A stretch of DNA of 64,000 bases from Octopus vulgaris (Eukaryota), in NCBI GenBank assembly GCA_951406725.2, contig OX597831.1, positions 18,290,001 to 18,354,000 on the forward strand. The letters are read 5' to 3'. A model generated the notes under the pieces. It was not told where the DNA came from and ran no database searches. It saw nothing but the letters and a program-made list of their open reading frames with translations. Positions 55,252 to 64,000 of the stretch are shown here, in pieces; within the stretch, counting starts at the first letter, position 1; each line of letters begins with the position of its first letter. A program made the position numbers and the translations under genes.

Positions 55252-56791
55252 ATAATTATATCTACATTTCTATTATTTAGTGAGTTGTTTACGATTATTT
55301 TCTTATTCTTACTTAACATATCAAAGCATTCAATTAGTTTTGCTGTTTACAAATACATCGAAATACAATTCTAGCTTTATAATATTTTATTATTTATTTT
55401 CAAGTCGACATTTCTCCCTTACTATTTCTTCTCGTATGACTTAAATTAATTTTTCCTTGAAATGCTTGCTGGAAATGTGAAGTTTGGTTGCGTATTACTT
55501 GCATATCTCTGTATATGTTCACTCAAATGAATTTGTCTGTATTGTAGTAAACGGTTCCATTCCTTATGTAGTGTGGTTTGCCGACTAAGTGCCAGTACAT
55601 AAGCAATTATTTGAGTGAACGCATGGAGAGGTCTCCAGGTAAAATCCAACTAAACTTCACAATTTTCCTCATGTATAAGTGCAAAGAAGCATTTTCTATA
55701 CAAGAATGTTTAAATAATATATAATAAAATATATATTTTCATGGAAAAAGTAAAAAATAAAAACATATTTATGGAAAAATACAGAAAAATATGAACGCAT
55801 AAACAACTTTGGTCTCAGAAGATATTTTAATTCATGTTTACATGCACGTCTCTGTAAATATTTCATCTCACTAATTTATCTTTTGAGATTTTGTATACTT
55901 GTTTACCCACGCCCCCCAAAATAAGCAGTTACCTACCCTGTCCCGAATGATAATGTTCACCAATGACTATCCCTTACAGTTTTCAACTTCTTGATTCATT
56001 TCATTCACAAACTTCCATACACAACGTGAACGAAAATCTACTTAAGAAAATACGAAATTACAACAATTTCAATGTCATTATTAGCGAAAGCGAAACCGGT
56101 TCAAACACACAATAATATTTTGCTTATAAAATGTATTAAAATACATATTAACACTATGTAAACTGTGTGTGCATTTTCCTTCTTTTATTTTGTTTATGTG
56201 TATATACGTATATATATAAATATATATATATGAATATATATATATACATGCATATATACACATATACACATATACATATGTATATACGTACATATGCTTA
56301 TCTATTTCTCTACATATATATATATATATATGTGTGTGTGAGTGTGTATTCGAGTATTTTATGTTCATTTGCCGAAATATTTAGGACACCTGTGTAAGTT
56401 GAAATATAGTTATTTGCAGGCCAGCCTAAGCAAGATCTTATTAAGTAATAATGAAACTTGAGACCTATTTTCGACGTTCCAAAACACTTTAGCTTCCCAT
56501 TCAATTTAGGATTTAATGCAGTGGAAAATGTCACACGTTTAAGCTGAGCCAAAATTTAAGACCCAAGCTCGGGGTAGACATCATTTACAGGCAAATGTAA
56601 TTTTCTATGATATTCAATGTTAAAGAAAATATTATATTCCATGATCCCGTTCGCAAAGGAAATTGAATAAATTCTGTGATATCAGGAATCTTGTAAGCAG
56701 GGATGGCCCTCTCAAATAGGCGGGAACTACTGTCAAACCGATTTTGTCCATCGGATTATGAACATTATCAGGGGCCTGACTCTCATTGCCA
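55252..56791 (+). pseudogene. Gene F: truncated pseudogene of the 6-Cys family (exons 1 and 2 only)
   Basis: Exon 1 55252-55279 (ATG>ATA, 9 nt shorter, gtgagt donor); exon 2 56701-56791 (x)MALSNRRELLSNRFCPSDYEHYQGPDSHC with first Cys lost, donor GT>CT and acceptor pyrimidine tract deleted relative to gene G. Confidence 0.8.
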
Positions 56792-57515
56792 CTATGCATT
56801 ATCGTATTCCTACATCGAATATTCAATTACTGCACGTGTATAAAATTCATATTCTCACGAACACACTCTCATTTATATATACATGCAGATACAGGCAGAC
56901 ACATAAATATAAGTGTAAAGATGAAAATCTCTATACTGACTCTTAAACGGATCTAAAGAAGATTAGTATAAAAAGAGAAAACTGTGTAAAAATAGTTCTA
57001 TGCTGTAATGTACAATCTAAAGTTTAATAAATTTTAACCGTCACTGGAAATCGATATCTCAAGATTTTGAACTGGAATTGTCCTTCAATTTGTCTGCAGG
57101 CGGAATACATCTGAACATGCGAAGGTCGTCGACAAATAGGCATGCTGGTTTCTTGTTATAGGAATCAGCGTCTCCTTGGCATAACTGTAAAATTTTATGC
57201 AGTACTAATAGCGCTGGAATCATTCAGGTTTCTCTTACGTGGATTTATTACAACTTTGATGTCTGAAGTTATACATATGTTGGGAAGCACAAACATCTAT
57301 AAGAATCTTTCTGCCCATTCTTCATCATTGTAAGTAACTGAGGTTCTGTCACAAAAGGTCATTAAATATTATTTCAACCTATAGAATATGCAGTTAACAA
57401 CGTCATAAATTTGCGACATCTGTCATAGAACACTGTTTAAAACAACGGCACAAATAGGACACTGTTATCTACGATTGATGTATACGATGACCATTGACGC
57501 TTTAGAAACACAAAC

Positions 57516-62583
<5,068 letters not shown>

Positions 62584-62660
62584 GTATGTATTATCGTCCT
62601 TTTACGTTTAAATATTCAATTATTCCACGTGTATAATATACATCTTTACACGAGCAAAGT

Positions 62661-62717
<57 letters not shown>

Positions 62718-62729
62718 TGTAATGCAAGC

Positions 62730-64000
62730 CATATGCTACAAATGTGTCCCAGAGAGAAAGGCCACTGTACACAAGAACAAAATCCCCAGAGAGAGGAAGA
62801 TTTTAATGAGACGACGTACAAAAATTTCAAATCGCCTAAACAAACAAATTAAAAGCAGTGAAAAGTCCCGCCTGAAAATAAAACTGTTGGAAATTGAAAA
62901 ATATCTGCAACTCTCCCATGAAAAGGAAAGAGCAGACAAAGAAGCCTGGGCTATAGACAACATAAAAACTAACCCCAGAGTTTTCTACAGGTATGCCAAA
63001 GAAACAGCTACGGTGCACTGTAGGATAGGGCCACTCCTTGAAAAGGATGGCACACTCACAGGAAAACCAATGAGGGTAAGTGAAATACTGAATGAGCAAT
63101 TCAAGAGTGTTTTCACTCCACCCCTTCGGCATTTCCAAATCACCAATCCAACTGACTTCTTTACCACTGCAGATATAAAATCAGAGGCGGCGACGATAAA
63201 TTACATCGATATAAAGGAAGACGATGTAATAAAGGCTATAGATGAAATGAAAACAGACTCAGCTACTGGCCCCGATGGATTCTCGGCAATCCTCCTAAAA
63301 GTATGTAAGAGAGTCCTAGCAAGACCACTGCAGTTCCTCTTTCAGAACTTCCTTGCAGCTGGCAAACTTCCAAGAAACCTGAAGGAAAGTAAAAGATGCC
63401 CTATTCATATAGGAGGTAGCAGAGCGGAGGCCAAGAACTACAGACCTATCTCTCCGACCTCACACATCAGCAAGGTCATGGAACGAATAGTCAGAAGGAA
63501 ACTGATCACCTTCCTTGAAGAAAATGACTTGCTGCCTGACACCCAACATGGTTTCCGACCAGGAAGAAGCTGCTTAACTCAGCTCCTACAACACTATGGC
63601 TGGGTGCTGAAACGACTGCTCAACCACTCAAATGTGGAAGTGATATATCTCGACTTTGCAAAGGCCTTTGATAAAGTCGATCATGGAATGATATGTCACA
63701 AACTGCGTGATCTCAGCATAGTTGGAAAACTGGGAGAATGGCTTCATGACTTTGTGAAAGATAGAAGTCGGGTGGTAGTAGCCATTAATACGCAAATAGT
63801 GAGCGGTGTTTCGCAGGGCACTGTTTTGGGACCACTAATGTTCATAATGGCCCTCTCAGACATGCCCTCAGCCACGCAGAGAGCCACGATTACAAGTTAT
63901 GCAGATGATACAAAAGTTTCACAGGCAATACAGAACCCCGAAAACACTAAATGCCTGCAATGTGAGCTAGACAAAATATACAAGTGGGCTGAAAAGAATA
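62730..64000 (+). mobile_element. CR1-like LINE ORF2 (RT), frame apparently open to the window end, in intron 2 of gene G
   Basis: GPDGFSAILLK, NYRPISPTSHISKVMERIV, QHGFRPGRSCLTQLL, IYLDFAKAFDKVDH, SGVSQGTVLGPL, YADDTK. Confidence 0.93.

Overview
AT-rich eukaryotic DNA dense in microsatellites, with a repeat landscape typical of a coleoid cephalopod such as Octopus (inferred from the SINE, LINE and transposon types). Most of the window is decayed transposable elements: RTE, CR1-like and R4/Dong-like LINEs, Penelope, Helitron, Tc1/mariner, Chapaev3-like and tRNA-derived SINEs. Hidden among them, and not assembled by the ORF track, is a + strand tandem array of tiny five-exon genes. Each encodes a ~100 aa protein: signal peptide, a hypervariable domain with invariant Cys spacing C-x7-C-x13-C-x8-C-x7-C-x9-C, an SS motif and a hydrophobic C-terminal tail (GPI-anchor-like). 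Three copies are complete (5162-14531, 24417-28450, 35346-46898). Two are cut by the window edges (last exon at 256; first two exons at 57516-62583). There are also degenerate or orphan remnants (19628, 29599, 55252-56791). Several long palindromes are present, one carrying Penelope-type hammerhead ribozyme motifs. Gene coordinates were read by hand; TE boundaries are approximate.
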